Source: Candidatus Melainabacteria bacterium 17Bon1m (GTDB lineage: Bacteria; Cyanobacteriota; Vampirovibrionia; Obscuribacterales; Obscuribacteraceae). Taken from it: a DNA stretch of 64,000 nucleotides. The stretch is from NCBI GenBank assembly GCA_032128875.1, contig JAVLKG010000007.1, positions 224,001 through 288,000 on the forward strand. The letters run 5' to 3'. The stretch's first letter is position 1, and every line of letters starts with the position of its first letter. Below are positions 1 through 10,318 of the stretch, one piece after another. The position numbers and the translations under genes were made by a program. The notes under the pieces are model-generated. The model had not been told where the DNA came from and ran no database searches. It was given only the letters and a program-made list of their open reading frames with translations.

Positions 1-293
1 GCGAAAACGCCTGGCACATCCCGGGCGACCTCACCATCTTCGAGTTCAACAAGTTCTTCGGCTCCGGGCTCAGTTGCGAAACGCACTGCGTGACGGTGGC
101 GGGGCTTGTCATCGAAGCGCTCGATCGCCAGCCTGATGGTGGCGAAAGCATTCAGGTCAACGGCTACACGTTCACCATTCTCGAGATCAAGAATCGCGCC
201 GTCTTCCGGCTTGCGGTTCAGCGTCCCGATGGTGCGCCGCCGCTCGCCTTCCCGCCCGGCGGAGAGCACGGGCAAGCTGACGTCGTTTCCTGA
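1..293 (+). CDS. 3' end of a hemolysin-family/CBS protein (CorC_HlyC transporter-associated domain), truncated by window edge
   Basis: Frame open from position 3: ENAWHIPGDLTIFEFNKFFG...TVAGLVIEALDRQPDGGESIQVNGYTFTILEIKNRAVFRLAV, the typical CorC_HlyC pattern (T.aGlv...l.r.P..Ge.i...g..f.i). Confidence 0.8.
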   Translation, partial: ENAWHIPGDLTIFEFNKFFGSGLSCETHCVTVAGLVIEALDRQPDGGESIQVNGYTFTILEIKNRAVFRLAVQRPDGAPPLAFPPGGEHGQADVVS

Positions 294-397
294 TTCGCCC
301 AGGAGTGCGTTGGCACAATTCGCTTGCTCTGAGGCGTGCACCAGATCCGGTGCATGCCTCGGGGCGTTGTTAGCTGCATTGTTCACCCAAATTTTCC

Positions 398-452
398 CGT
401 AGGGGAGCCGCATGCGGCTCCCTGACAGGGAAGCGCATGCGCTTCCCCTACG
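398..452. repeat. GTAG-type REP doublet (REPIN-like inverted pair)
   Basis: cGTAGGGGAGCCGCATGCGGCTCCCT-gac-AGGGAAGCGCATGCGCTTCCCCTACg: two palindromes, flanked by GTAG/CTAC; related copies at 2041-2094 and 36626-36710. Confidence 0.7.
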
Positions 453-511
453 AATCAGAGCGGAAGCGATGCAGCCCAAATGAGAGCCGCCGTCACGTTT
501 GACGCGGCTGA

Positions 512-2032
512 ATGGAGACCCCGATGATTACTCTACTTGCTATTGTTGCCGCGGCTCTTGCTGTGGTGACTTGTATCGCGATTATCCGGCGGGGCTCCGC
601 GCGGCTTCGAGAAGAGGCACGTGACCCCGCTGTGAATACCTCGCCGTTCGTCGTCAAGCCGATGATTCAGCTTGGCGCACGTGACGGCAAGGCGATGTTC
701 GAAATCGTCTTTGCTGGCGCAGGCGTTGCAGCAGACTACAAGCTGCGCGTCTACGCCGACCGCTCGGGCACTTTGGATTTCACTCCCACTGTGTCGTACC
801 CGGTCAACCTGCCAGAAGCTCAGCCCAAGATCCCAGTGCACAAGGTCTTCCGCGTGCCGGTCAGTGGGCTAGAGCCTGGTGAGCGCTTTTCCTATCGCAT
901 CAATTACGCTGGCAATCAGGTCTTCGCGGCAACCGCGCAGGCTCCGACGGCGGAAGGCGAGAAGACGCGTATTGTCGTCACCGGCGACATCGCAAAATGG
1001 GGAGCGGATGAGCGACGCATCGCCAACCGCGCCTATCAGGAAAAGCCCAACATGATTGTCTTGGTTGGCGACATCGCCTACGACGACGGTCGAATCATCG
1101 AATATTTCGAGAAATTCCTCCCGGCGTACAACGCTGACCAGGCTGCCGATGCGCTCGGTGCGCCGATTCTGCGCTCGATAATGACGGTTGCTGTCGCAGG
1201 CAACCACTGCGTCGGGCGCCCGGAGACTATGGCTGTCCCGGATTTCAACGAGTTCGCGGATCACTTCGCGTACTTCGTCTACTGGGCTCAGCCGCTCAAC
1301 GCGCCTGTTCCCGCCGCCGCCGCTGCTGCCTACGGCAAGGACCTGATTGGTCCCAAGTCGCGCAAAGACGCTGTCTTTGCAGCAGCCGGTGAGCGCGCAC
1401 CCGCCATGCTCAACTTCTCTTTTGACCATGGCGATGCACATTGGGTCGTGCTCGATTCCAATCGCTACATGGACTGGACCGATCCGGTTCTGCGCGAGTG
1501 GCTCGAAAAGGACCTGATGTCCACCACAAAGACGTGGAAGTTCGTGACCTTCCACCACTCCTGTTTCCACTCCAGCCGCAAACACCAGGACGGTGTGCGC
1601 ATGAGGCTGGTCGCGGACATCTTCCAGAAGTGCGGTGTCGACATCGTCTTCACTGGTCATGTCCACACCTATGAGCGGACTTTCCCGCTCACGTTCAACC
1701 TCAAGCGGAAGCTCGCAGACCTCGGCAAGACCGAAGCCAACGACCTTGTCGCAGAGTCCACTAAGTACGAGGGCGACCTCGTTCTGGACAAGGAATACGA
1801 TGGTGTCACGAACACGCGACCCAAGGGCGTCATCTACCTCACCACTGGTGCCGGTGGCGCTCCGCTTCACTCCGAGGCAATGCCGGAAGAGCTGAAGTGG
1901 CAGCCGCAGACCTGTGTTGCGAAAGCCGGAAGGCACTCGCTCACGGTGCTCGACATGATTGGTCCGAAACTCGTCGCGCGCCAGCTCACCGCCCAGGGCG
2001 AAGAGTTGGATCGCTTCGAAATCACCAAGTAA
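512..2032 (+). CDS. Membrane-anchored purple acid phosphatase-like metallophosphoesterase
   Basis: N-terminal hydrophobic helix, FN3-like segment (VSGLEPGERFSYRI), metallophosphoesterase motifs GD, GDIAY, GNH, FHH, GHVH.YER. Confidence 0.85.
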   Translation: METPMITLLAIVAAALAVVTCIAIIRRGSARLREEARDPAVNTSPFVVKPMIQLGARDGKAMFEIVFAGAGVAADYKLRVYADRSGTLDFTPTVSYPVNLPEAQPKIPVHKVFRVPVSGLEPGERFSYRINYAGNQVFAATAQAPTAEGEKTRIVVTGDIAKWGADERRIANRAYQEKPNMIVLVGDIAYDDGRIIEYFEKFLPAYNADQAADALGAPILRSIMTVAVAGNHCVGRPETMAVPDFNEFADHFAYFVYWAQPLNAPVPAAAAAAYGKDLIGPKSRKDAVFAAAGERAPAMLNFSFDHGDAHWVVLDSNRYMDWTDPVLREWLEKDLMSTTKTWKFVTFHHSCFHSSRKHQDGVRMRLVADIFQKCGVDIVFTGHVHTYERTFPLTFNLKRKLADLGKTEANDLVAESTKYEGDLVLDKEYDGVTNTRPKGVIYLTTGAGGAPLHSEAMPEELKWQPQTCVAKAGRHSLTVLDMIGPKLVARQLTAQGEELDRFEITK

Positions 2033-2040
2033 CAGACCCT

Positions 2041-2094
2041 CTGTAGGGCCGCATGCGGCTCCCTGACAGGCAGGCACATGTGCCTCCCGTACAG
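2041..2094. repeat. REP doublet, degenerate copy
   Basis: ctGTAGGGCCGCATGCGGCTCCCTGACAGGCAGGCACATGTGCCTCCCGTACag, clearly related to 398-452. Confidence 0.65.
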
Positions 2095-2249
2095 AGTTCT
2101 CGGCGCGGGGGTGGGTTTCATTGCCTTGCAGTGAAGCTCACTCCCGTGTTTCCTTCTCTCGTTTCTCGCTTCATCGAAGAAACACAACCCTCAAAAAAAA
2201 GACTCACGTCCTTGGAGGACTACAAGAATCTCCAGGGAGAAGGTGCTAT

Positions 2250-3266
2250 ATGACCCGTACAAGGACCGTTGCGGTCAATCTTGACGCAAGTCACTCGAAC
2301 GAAATTTACCTTGCAGCTCTGAAGCCCAAAGCTGGATTTTTCAGCAAGCTGCTCTCAACCCTCTGGCTGTTTGTCGGACTCGGCGCACTCATCTGGTTCG
2401 CTTGGTCTGAGCCGTTTTCAGGCATGTTCTTCAACTGGTTGCAAAACCACGGCGTGGCACCGTGGGTGGTGACCTATGTCCTCACCCCTCTCGTCATGTT
2501 CGTGCGTGCTGTCATCGCAGTCGAATCGATTGGATACGGTTACCACCGCTTCTTCCAGCATGTCGGCTACTTCACCCGCAAGGCACAGGTGTTTCGGCGG
2601 AACCAGCGTTTTCACTGGATCCACCACATGATCATCTATCCGATCGGGCGTCTCTACAAGCACGGCAAGCGCTACCACACTTCTGAGAAGGGCTTCGGTC
2701 TGAGCTGGGTTCTGCCCGGTCTCATGGCTGCCGGACTCTTTCTCTACACCCACGGCTTCAACATGGTGAGCTTCGCGTTCATCTTCGGGCTGTGGTATTA
2801 CGCCAAAATGGTAGTCGACCTGACGCACGCGCGTTTTCACTTCGACAATCATCCGTGGGTTGGTAAGCCGTATTTCCTGTGGTTGGAGGAGATTCATCTC
2901 CTGCATCACTGGGACCAGCGGTACAACTTCACCATCGTGCATCCGCTCATGGACAGGCTCTTCGGCACCTATCTGGACCCTGCGACTCATCGCAAGGAGC
3001 TTCAGATTTCGCTCGAAGACAATGACGTGACGGTGTCCGATTTGATCAATTGGCGATACCTGCTTACCGAAGCGAGCCCCACTGAGTATGCGGCTTTCGT
3101 GTCGGCGGCGCAGCGCTATCCCAAGTCGCTTCGCAAGGTCAAGCATTTGCTGACCGTGTTGAAGCATCGAACCGACAGTCATCCTGAGGACGCAGAGGCT
3201 GCAGAGTTGCATGCCCGAGCCCTCAATTTGGTCACCGCCGTTGGAAAGACGCCGGAGACCGTTTAG
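2250..3266 (+). CDS. Fatty acid hydroxylase / sterol desaturase family membrane protein
   Basis: His boxes HRFFQH, HWIHH, HARFH, HLLHH, motif DRLFGT and several TM segments; start moved to ATG 2250 behind GGAGAAGG. Confidence 0.8.
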   Translation: MTRTRTVAVNLDASHSNEIYLAALKPKAGFFSKLLSTLWLFVGLGALIWFAWSEPFSGMFFNWLQNHGVAPWVVTYVLTPLVMFVRAVIAVESIGYGYHRFFQHVGYFTRKAQVFRRNQRFHWIHHMIIYPIGRLYKHGKRYHTSEKGFGLSWVLPGLMAAGLFLYTHGFNMVSFAFIFGLWYYAKMVVDLTHARFHFDNHPWVGKPYFLWLEEIHLLHHWDQRYNFTIVHPLMDRLFGTYLDPATHRKELQISLEDNDVTVSDLINWRYLLTEASPTEYAAFVSAAQRYPKSLRKVKHLLTVLKHRTDSHPEDAEAAELHARALNLVTAVGKTPETV

Positions 3267-3761
3267 TTTGAAATTCAGGTTGTGATTTAGGTTGATTCTG
3301 GAGACGCCGAAACGTCTTCTGACCAACCGCCTGACTGACTGTCACCGATTAACGCTGTTTCCCGAGAAGGGGGCGTATTTTGGTCTGGTGTTACTGGAGA
3401 AAGACCCGAGCCCAGATGTTTTTGAGCTCCGGTCTTTCTCTCTTGGCCAGCTGCCTACTAGGCTGAGTGGTATGCGCGGTTACTTTACCCGTGAGGCATT
3501 TTCTCCCGCGGGTTGTGAAAGCAGTGCTAGGTGCAAACCGACGCATTAGAGGTTTCGCTCTATGTAAACGCTTGGAAACCGGGCGTGCCCGCACGTAGGC
3601 TGGGGTTATCGCTTCTAGAACTTTTCTTTCCGAGACAACTACCCTCCTTCTTCGTCAACCTTGCACCAAACAGGCTTTCGCCTAACTCCGCGCGCACGCA
3701 CGCAGAGTCGGCCCCTGTCGCAATTGAGTCTCTGGAAGCGATTAGCTGAAAGGTCAGTACC

Positions 3762-4925
3762 ATGTATCACTTGAAGAATAAGACAACTATCATCAACGTT
3801 GGCGTGGAGCGGCTCGGTGTGGTCGCTTCGCCCCAGAGCGTCTTTCAGGAGGAAGGCGTTCTTAACCCTGCCGTGTATCAGGACCGTGCCGGAAACCTCG
3901 TCGTGATGATGCGTTCGGTTGCGAAAGGCAATCAATCGCGTCTCGAGATGATTCGGCAGCCCTGGGAAAACGGCAAGCCGTGCACGGATGCAGCCGGCAA
4001 TGAAGCGCCGTTCGAACGGATCGGATTCGCACTTGTTCCGCAGGCTTCTTACGAACGCCGGCGTCGCATCGGCGAGTCTGGCAAGGTCGAGTTCATCGGT
4101 GGCGAAGGCTGCGAAGATGCGCGCGTGACGTTCATCAAGCAGCTCGACCGCTACCTGATGTGCTACACGGCTTTCGGTCCAGAAGGTCCGCGCATCGCGC
4201 TCGCCTGGTCGCAAGACGGCTACAAATGGCACCGCATCGGACTTCTGCAATTCCCTGAGGAATTCGGACTGCATCCTGACGACAAGGATGCCGCTTTCTT
4301 CCCCGAACCCGTGCTTTCGCCGAAGGGCGTTCTGAGCATCGCGCTGTATCATCGCCCGATGGTCAACATTCCTGCCTCCGACGGCATGGATGTTGTGCAG
4401 TCGACGCTCTCGGCGCGTCCCGACAAGCGCCAGTGCATTCGCATCGCCTATATTCCGCTGGACAAGGTGATGAAGAACATCCGCAACGTGCTCAAAGTCA
4501 GCGAATCGAAGCTCGTCTTCGAGCCACTCGCTGAGTGGGGCTCGTTCAAGTGCGGTGCAGGAACGGCGCCGGTGCGCATCGGTAGCGGCTGGCTGGAAAT
4601 CTTCCACGGCGTGGATCAGTTTCCCTCCGCCTCGCGCCCCTCTGGCTACCAGGGTCGCTACGCGGCGGGGATCATCGTTCACGACATCGATCGCCCGGAC
4701 AAGATCCTCTACTACTCGACGGAGCCTGTCATCAAGCCGGAAACGAAGGACGAGCTGGAAGGCATCGTCAACAATGTCGTCTTCCCGACCGGCATTGTCG
4801 AGCGCACGGACCTGCGTTTCTCGCATCGCGCATTCGGTTACACCGACCGCGTCTTCGATGTCTATTACGGCATGGCTGATCGCCTGATTGGGCGTTTCCG
4901 CCTGACCGTGCGCGAAGAAGCCTAG
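3762..4925 (+). CDS. Glycoside hydrolase family 130-like glycosidase/phosphorylase
   Basis: Motifs GVLNPA, GCEDARVT, YTAFG, DKDAAFFPE, HRP, GWLEIFHGV, NVVFPTG, YYGMAD. Confidence 0.85.
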   Translation: MYHLKNKTTIINVGVERLGVVASPQSVFQEEGVLNPAVYQDRAGNLVVMMRSVAKGNQSRLEMIRQPWENGKPCTDAAGNEAPFERIGFALVPQASYERRRRIGESGKVEFIGGEGCEDARVTFIKQLDRYLMCYTAFGPEGPRIALAWSQDGYKWHRIGLLQFPEEFGLHPDDKDAAFFPEPVLSPKGVLSIALYHRPMVNIPASDGMDVVQSTLSARPDKRQCIRIAYIPLDKVMKNIRNVLKVSESKLVFEPLAEWGSFKCGAGTAPVRIGSGWLEIFHGVDQFPSASRPSGYQGRYAAGIIVHDIDRPDKILYYSTEPVIKPETKDELEGIVNNVVFPTGIVERTDLRFSHRAFGYTDRVFDVYYGMADRLIGRFRLTVREEA

Positions 4926-5098
4926 CGGTTTTCGCATAAAGAACGGCTACCTAAATCAGATCGGTAAATGCTGCCAGCCGTTATGGATTGGAGCATTTGC
5001 CGATCTGATTTGTTTTTGGCGGTGGCTATACGATATAAGATAGTGTATTCTGCTTTTGGTTTGGATGGAAGGACGGCGCTGATGCTGCACTTGCTGCT

Positions 5099-5650
5099 CT
5101 ACATGTCTTTGCCGATCAGGTTTTTGATTACTCCGGTTTTTGTGGCGAGAACAAGTACGCTGCCACAAAGGCCTGGAACAATGCAGAAAGTTAGAAATGT
5201 CAAAACGCACAAATAATCGATCTTATTTTGAGTTGATGCTTCATAGGTGTTTCCAAAAACAACGCACGTCGAAGACATAGACGCGAAGACCGTTAGGCTG
5301 AGTTTTGAAACAACCGGCAATTTTGATTTATCCAAGCAAGCCCACATGATGTGCGTGACGATTGCGGACAACGCGCCGAAAATTCCCAGGGTTGGCGAGT
5401 AGAGCAGCGCCTTTTCAAAAGTACAAAGTCCTACCAAAAACGGCAAAGCGACTGCAAGAAGAACTCCCGATGCGACGAAGGAAAATACTACTGCAGAAAA
5501 ACCTGTGAACACGCGCCAATCTTTGCTGTACTGTTTTTGCAAGCGTTCATAAGCGCGATAAGGATCAATCTCGTACAAAGCCTCTGGCCCGGCGTTTTCC
5601 AACAGCCGCTGCCTTGCTTCGTGCAGGTTCTCCCTCTGCTTTGTTTGCAT
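5099..5650 (-). CDS. Hypothetical multi-pass membrane protein
   Basis: 183-aa ORF with about four hydrophobic segments; no recognised family. Confidence 0.5.
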   Translation of the reverse strand: MQTKQRENLHEARQRLLENAGPEALYEIDPYRAYERLQKQYSKDWRVFTGFSAVVFSFVASGVLLAVALPFLVGLCTFEKALLYSPTLGIFGALSAIVTHIMWACLDKSKLPVVSKLSLTVFASMSSTCVVFGNTYEASTQNKIDYLCVLTFLTFCIVPGLCGSVLVLATKTGVIKNLIGKDM

Positions 5651-6282
5651 CGCAACAGTCTACTATGATCAACACTGATCCGTTTCCACTTCGCTCAAAT
5701 CTAGTCCCTAAGCCGTTGTTTCGAAAAGCAGCGCAGTCCACTGAAGAGACTTTCGAGAGCAGCTTTTCAGCATAACTCGTAATTTTGATCGAACGTCGAT
5801 GAGAGCCCCTTAGCAAAAAGGGCTCTCAAAGCGTTATTCGCATTCGAAACGTGTGTGGTGCTACAGGAACATCTCAGGTCTCATGCCGTTTCCGCAAGAG
5901 TTCCTGTCGCTGTTCTAATGACGCCTAGTTATCTATTGTTTTGACGATTGTAGTGGTTGAAGCCACGGAAGGTTCCCCATACCGGGGTGTCTTCGAAATA
6001 AGCAACATCAGAAACGGTTCTTTCAACTTCATCTACTTGTTGTTGCTTTTGAGCTTCGGCGGTTTGATTTGCAAGGATTTGATATTCAGGCATGAGAAAG
6101 ACACCTCGGGGTGGAGGGAGAATCGATGGGGTTGGTCAAAGGGTGGGGCGTCGAATTGCTTTCGACAAAATCATTGTCAAGCAAGGTACGTGAAAAACAC
6201 GTGAATCACGTATTCACTTTAAAAAATCCCCATTTTCTGGGAAAATTCGGGGGTCGTCCCCTGTCCGGACCACCCAAAAAGG

Positions 6283-7359
6283 GTGAAAAAGGGAGTAAAT
6301 ATTCACGTGAGCGTGAAAAATTGGCCGCCTGAAGCCGCCAAATTAATGTGCTTATTGAACGGCGCCTGCAAATTTGACGTCACGGACCTGGCTGAGCGTG
6401 CACTGACGCCGGAAATTCTCCAGTCTGTAAGTTATTTGGATTCCGACGAGGCTGTCGATAGTCTTCACGCTGACCCGTACTGGCCCAAATGGGATAGTCC
6501 CTGGTGGCACATGACCCTTCTTTATGAGATGGGGCTGGCGGACAAAATTCCCGACCGCGCTCTCGATGCGTTTCAATCCGTGGCGCGCAAGCACTATATA
6601 GATGTTTTTCCGCTTAAAGAGGAAGAGATTCCGGAAGGCTGCGACACGACGCGGAATATTTGCTGCTTCTGTGCGCTAGGCACAGCGATGCAAATTTTTG
6701 AATCACGGGGAATTCGCAGTGATGAGGTAATGCCTTGGGCGCGTTCGTGGTTTGAGCGCTATCAAATAAATGATGGCGGCTATAACTGCGCGGAAGAGGT
6801 TTATCTGAGGGACACGCCGCGATCATCGATCGTTTCCACCGTACCGATGTTGGAAGCTCTTTTGAAACTATCTGATCGCGGGCTTAGTGATGAAGAGTCG
6901 CAATTCTTGGATCGCGGCATTCAATATTTGTTGGAGCGGCGCCTCTTCAAATCGTTGAGCAAGCAAGATGCAGTAATCGACCCGGATTTTCTCAAGCTTA
7001 CCTTCCCGCGCTTCTATGAATATGATGTGCTGCGGGGGTTGAAACTCGTCACAGATTGGGCGATTAAGCGCAATAAAAAACTGCCCTGGCCGGCGGTTGA
7101 AGAGGCATTTGCAATCGTTGGCTCCAAGGTGAACGCGCAGGAAGCCACGATTAATTTAGAGCGACAGTTTTACGCCGATAAGAGAACACTCGCAAAAGAC
7201 GAAAATGGTGATTGGACGCGCGGTCACGACGCTTCTGTTTTTCCGCTATTGGAGGCTACGGGCGCCTTAGGTCCGTCGCCTTTCCTTTTCCGCCAGTTCA
7301 TGCACATGTACGAAAACGTCTACAAACTGACTTACTCCGGTTGCCTTGAGCTACAATGA
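6283..7359 (+). CDS. Prenyltransferase/squalene-cyclase-like alpha/alpha barrel hypothetical protein (start uncertain)
   Basis: QINDGGYNC resembles a QW-like repeat; also GIQYLLERRLFKS and LTFPRFYEYDVLRGL, typical of this conserved hypothetical family. Confidence 0.6.
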   Translation: MKKGVNIHVSVKNWPPEAAKLMCLLNGACKFDVTDLAERALTPEILQSVSYLDSDEAVDSLHADPYWPKWDSPWWHMTLLYEMGLADKIPDRALDAFQSVARKHYIDVFPLKEEEIPEGCDTTRNICCFCALGTAMQIFESRGIRSDEVMPWARSWFERYQINDGGYNCAEEVYLRDTPRSSIVSTVPMLEALLKLSDRGLSDEESQFLDRGIQYLLERRLFKSLSKQDAVIDPDFLKLTFPRFYEYDVLRGLKLVTDWAIKRNKKLPWPAVEEAFAIVGSKVNAQEATINLERQFYADKRTLAKDENGDWTRGHDASVFPLLEATGALGPSPFLFRQFMHMYENVYKLTYSGCLELQ

Positions 7360-7380
7360 TGCGACCTTTAGGAGTCGGGC

Positions 7381-8598
7381 ATGGCTGAGCATGAACGCTA
7401 TGACGTCATTGTTGTTGGGATGGGCGCTGCTGGAAGCTCTGCTGTGTATCAGCTCGCGCGGCGTGGTTCGAAGGTGCTCGGCATTGATCAGTTTGAGCCG
7501 CCCCATACACTAGGTTCCACTCATGGCGAAACACGTATAACTCGCCAGGCAATCGGCGAGGGCGATCACTACACACCTCTTTCGTTGCGTTCGTATGAAA
7601 TTTTTCGCGAACTCGAAGAGCTCACCGGCGAGCATTTGCTTGATGTGACCGGCGGATTGATGATTTCCAGCCCTGGCGCTACTGGCGTCAACAATGTTTC
7701 CAATTTTTTTGAAACGACACTTGCAGCCGCGAAGAAGCATTCTATCCCGCATGAAGTATTGAACGTTGATCAGATGCGCCGGCGGTTTCCGCAGTTTCAT
7801 GTGCAGGATAACGAGATTGGTTATTACGAAGTTGAATCCGGCATACTCCGTCCAGAAGCCTGTGTTAGAGCCACTTTGTCTATGGCTGCAAAGCACGGTG
7901 CGACTTTGAAAGTAAACGAAAAAATGACGGAGTATAGGGAAGACGCTTCGGGCGTAATTGTGAAAACAGACAAAGGCGAATATCATGCAGATAAGCTCGC
8001 TTTGACTGTTGGTCCGTGGCTTCCGCAAATAGTTGGCGAGCAGCTCAAGGGGCGCTTCAAAGTCTATCGGCAGGTGCTTTTCTGGTTCGACATTAGCGAC
8101 AACTATGATCGTTTTAAACTCGGCAACTTTCCAATCTTCATTTGGGATGGGCAAGGAGAGCGAGATTCTATCTATGGTTTTCCCGCGGTGGACGGACAGG
8201 AAGGCGGCATAAAGATTGCGTCTGAAGAATATGTGGTGGAAGTGACACCGGAGACTGTAGATCGCTCTGTGTCGCAAGATGAAATCGACAAGATGTATGA
8301 AACGCAGATTGTGCCTTGTTTCCCGGGTGTCGGAAAAGAGTGCGTCAAGTCTGCCGTTTGCATGTACACGATGACTCCTGACTCTGGTTTTGTCATAGAT
8401 TTTATGCCTGGCTCGTCGCGCACAATTGTTTGCTCGCCTTGTTCTGGTCATGGGTTTAAACATTCGGCAGCCGTGGGAGAATGCGTTGCGGAGTTGGCTC
8501 GTGACGGAAAGACGACATTGAATATTGAACCTTTGAGAATTGATCGAAAAGCATTAGTTCCATCTACAATTGAGAACCCCGCGCGCTTCCCTGCTTAG
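7381..8598 (+). CDS. solA: N-methyl-L-tryptophan oxidase / monomeric sarcosine oxidase family FAD oxidoreductase
   Basis: VVGMGAAGS FAD motif, GSTHGETRITR, flavinylation Cys in CMYTMTPD, SGHGFK. Confidence 0.85.
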   Translation: MAEHERYDVIVVGMGAAGSSAVYQLARRGSKVLGIDQFEPPHTLGSTHGETRITRQAIGEGDHYTPLSLRSYEIFRELEELTGEHLLDVTGGLMISSPGATGVNNVSNFFETTLAAAKKHSIPHEVLNVDQMRRRFPQFHVQDNEIGYYEVESGILRPEACVRATLSMAAKHGATLKVNEKMTEYREDASGVIVKTDKGEYHADKLALTVGPWLPQIVGEQLKGRFKVYRQVLFWFDISDNYDRFKLGNFPIFIWDGQGERDSIYGFPAVDGQEGGIKIASEEYVVEVTPETVDRSVSQDEIDKMYETQIVPCFPGVGKECVKSAVCMYTMTPDSGFVIDFMPGSSRTIVCSPCSGHGFKHSAAVGECVAELARDGKTTLNIEPLRIDRKALVPSTIENPARFPA

Positions 8599-8660
8599 GA
8601 CGCTGCAGGGAGCGACACCGTATAGAGCAGTTAAATCAGAAGTCAGCGGCCAAAAGTTCG

Positions 8661-8735
8661 GTCAAACGACACTCAAACGTCAGTCAAACGTCAGTCAAAC
8701 GTCAGTCAAACGTCAATCAAATGACAATCAAAAGT
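8661..8735. repeat. Degenerate 11-bp tandem repeat (TCAAACGTCAG, about 6 units)
   Basis: gtcaaacgacac tcaaacgtcag tcaaacgtcag tcaaacgtcag tcaaacgtcaa tcaaatgacaa tcaaaagtcag, directly upstream of the GNAT gene. Confidence 0.8.
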
Positions 8736-8762
8736 CAGGAGTCAAATGTGTCAGAAGTTGCG

Positions 8763-9269
8763 ATGAAACCAGAAATACGAGTGATTGAAGAGGCTGATGC
8801 ACAGGACTTTTGGAATTTGCGTCTGCGCGGATTGAAGGAAGATGCGGAAGCGTTTGGTGCGAGCTACAACGACTCGGTAAATATGGCGATAGAAGATATT
8901 CGCAAACGTTTGGCACCCACTGAAGATGCTTTCGTTCTTGGTGCGTTCAATCCAAAACCTTGCGGCATGCTCGGTTTTTTTCGTCGAGTTGGCGAGCGTG
9001 CGCGTCACAAAGGTTTTATCTGGGGCGTCTATGTTGCTCCAGAAGGCAGAGGTTGTGGGCTCGCGCGCAGACTGATGAATGAATGCATAGAGCGCGCGAA
9101 AAAGATGGACGGGCTGGAGGAGGTCATTCTCACTGTCAGCACGACGCAAGACGTGGCGATGAAACTCTACGAATCGATGGGCTTCAAAGAATACGGTCAC
9201 GAAGTTCAAGCGCTCAAACAGGGCGATATCTACATCGACGAAAAGATGATGGGACTGCGCCTACTTTAG
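8763..9269 (+). CDS. GNAT family N-acetyltransferase
   Basis: WGVYVAPEGRGCGLARRLM (motif A) and AMKLYESMGFKEYG (motif B). Confidence 0.9.
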   Translation: MKPEIRVIEEADAQDFWNLRLRGLKEDAEAFGASYNDSVNMAIEDIRKRLAPTEDAFVLGAFNPKPCGMLGFFRRVGERARHKGFIWGVYVAPEGRGCGLARRLMNECIERAKKMDGLEEVILTVSTTQDVAMKLYESMGFKEYGHEVQALKQGDIYIDEKMMGLRLL

Positions 9270-9845
9270 GGTGAGGGAGTCGATGATTTCGCTGAACGTC
9301 TTTTCGTAGTTGGAAAAGTTGTCGATGTAGGCTGCGCAAGAGACTATGTAGTATTTGCCGTTATTGGCGGCGAATGCTTTGAGCACTTTTGTCTGTTGGA
9401 CTTTGTGTTCTGAGCCAAATGAAAGCGGGATAGTTTGAACCAAAACGAGTCGTCGGGTGGGGGTTTTTCCTTCCTTTGAATGAACATCCGACTCGACCTT
9501 CCAGATGGCTCCCCACTGTTTTACCGCGGTATCAGATATGGTGTCAAGGGTGTGTCCGTCTGGAATGGGTCTCACGACTACTTTAACGTTCGGAATTGGA
9601 TTGGGACTCTTGAAACTTTCCAAGGGCGCCGCAACGAGGTTTACTATCGGGTCTTTCTGGGTTTTCCATCCTGCTGGAAATTCGAGGCTGTATCCGTTTT
9701 CTTCGTCGCTAAATTGCGTTTTGTCCTGGCTAACTTGAACATCCGCAGTTGTTTCTTCCGGTTTGTCTTTCGCTATTGCCTCTGTTGAAGCAGAACTGCA
9801 GATCAAACAGAAAAATAGCAAAGGTGCCAGAAAGTTGCTGTTCAT
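9261..9845 (-). CDS. Secreted PsbP/DcrB-like protein
   Basis: Signal peptide; F.D.ENGYSLEFPAGW and C-terminal YYIVSC...FSNYEKTFSEIIDSL pattern. Confidence 0.6.
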   Translation of the reverse strand: MNSNFLAPLLFFCLICSSASTEAIAKDKPEETTADVQVSQDKTQFSDEENGYSLEFPAGWKTQKDPIVNLVAAPLESFKSPNPIPNVKVVVRPIPDGHTLDTISDTAVKQWGAIWKVESDVHSKEGKTPTRRLVLVQTIPLSFGSEHKVQQTKVLKAFAANNGKYYIVSCAAYIDNFSNYEKTFSEIIDSLTLK

Positions 9846-10318
9846 GGCTAATTTCAAAACGCGGTCCTCGCGAAATCTGAGAGCGTGATCATGTGAATTG
9901 TGATTGTATCGCTTTGTTTGTTGGCTAGCTTGTGGCACTAGCTAGCGCAACAAAAGAGAGCTGCTGAAGAGCTTGTGTGATCGCCTGCTCATTTACAGTT
10001 ATTCTTTACAACCAGCTAAGAAACCGTGTGATTGCATCTTGGTGGCTCTTTGCAGCTTCTTTCTTCTGGAGTGAGTCTTAATACGCACGATAGGTATTTT
10101 TGACTCAGTTGAAAGCCTGAATCTAATCTCAGATCACTCCCGTTATTTCGCTCTTCTCAAACAGACACCTCTTCTAGATCATCATCCCGCTAAGTTCAGT
10201 CCCAAAGCCCAGCACCCTTCGGTGTTGGTCGTGGATCGTGCTTGGCGATTTGTCTGTTGGAGTTAGCGAAAGTCGGTTCAACTTTCCGCGACCACACTTG
10301 GTCAGAAGGAGAAACGAA

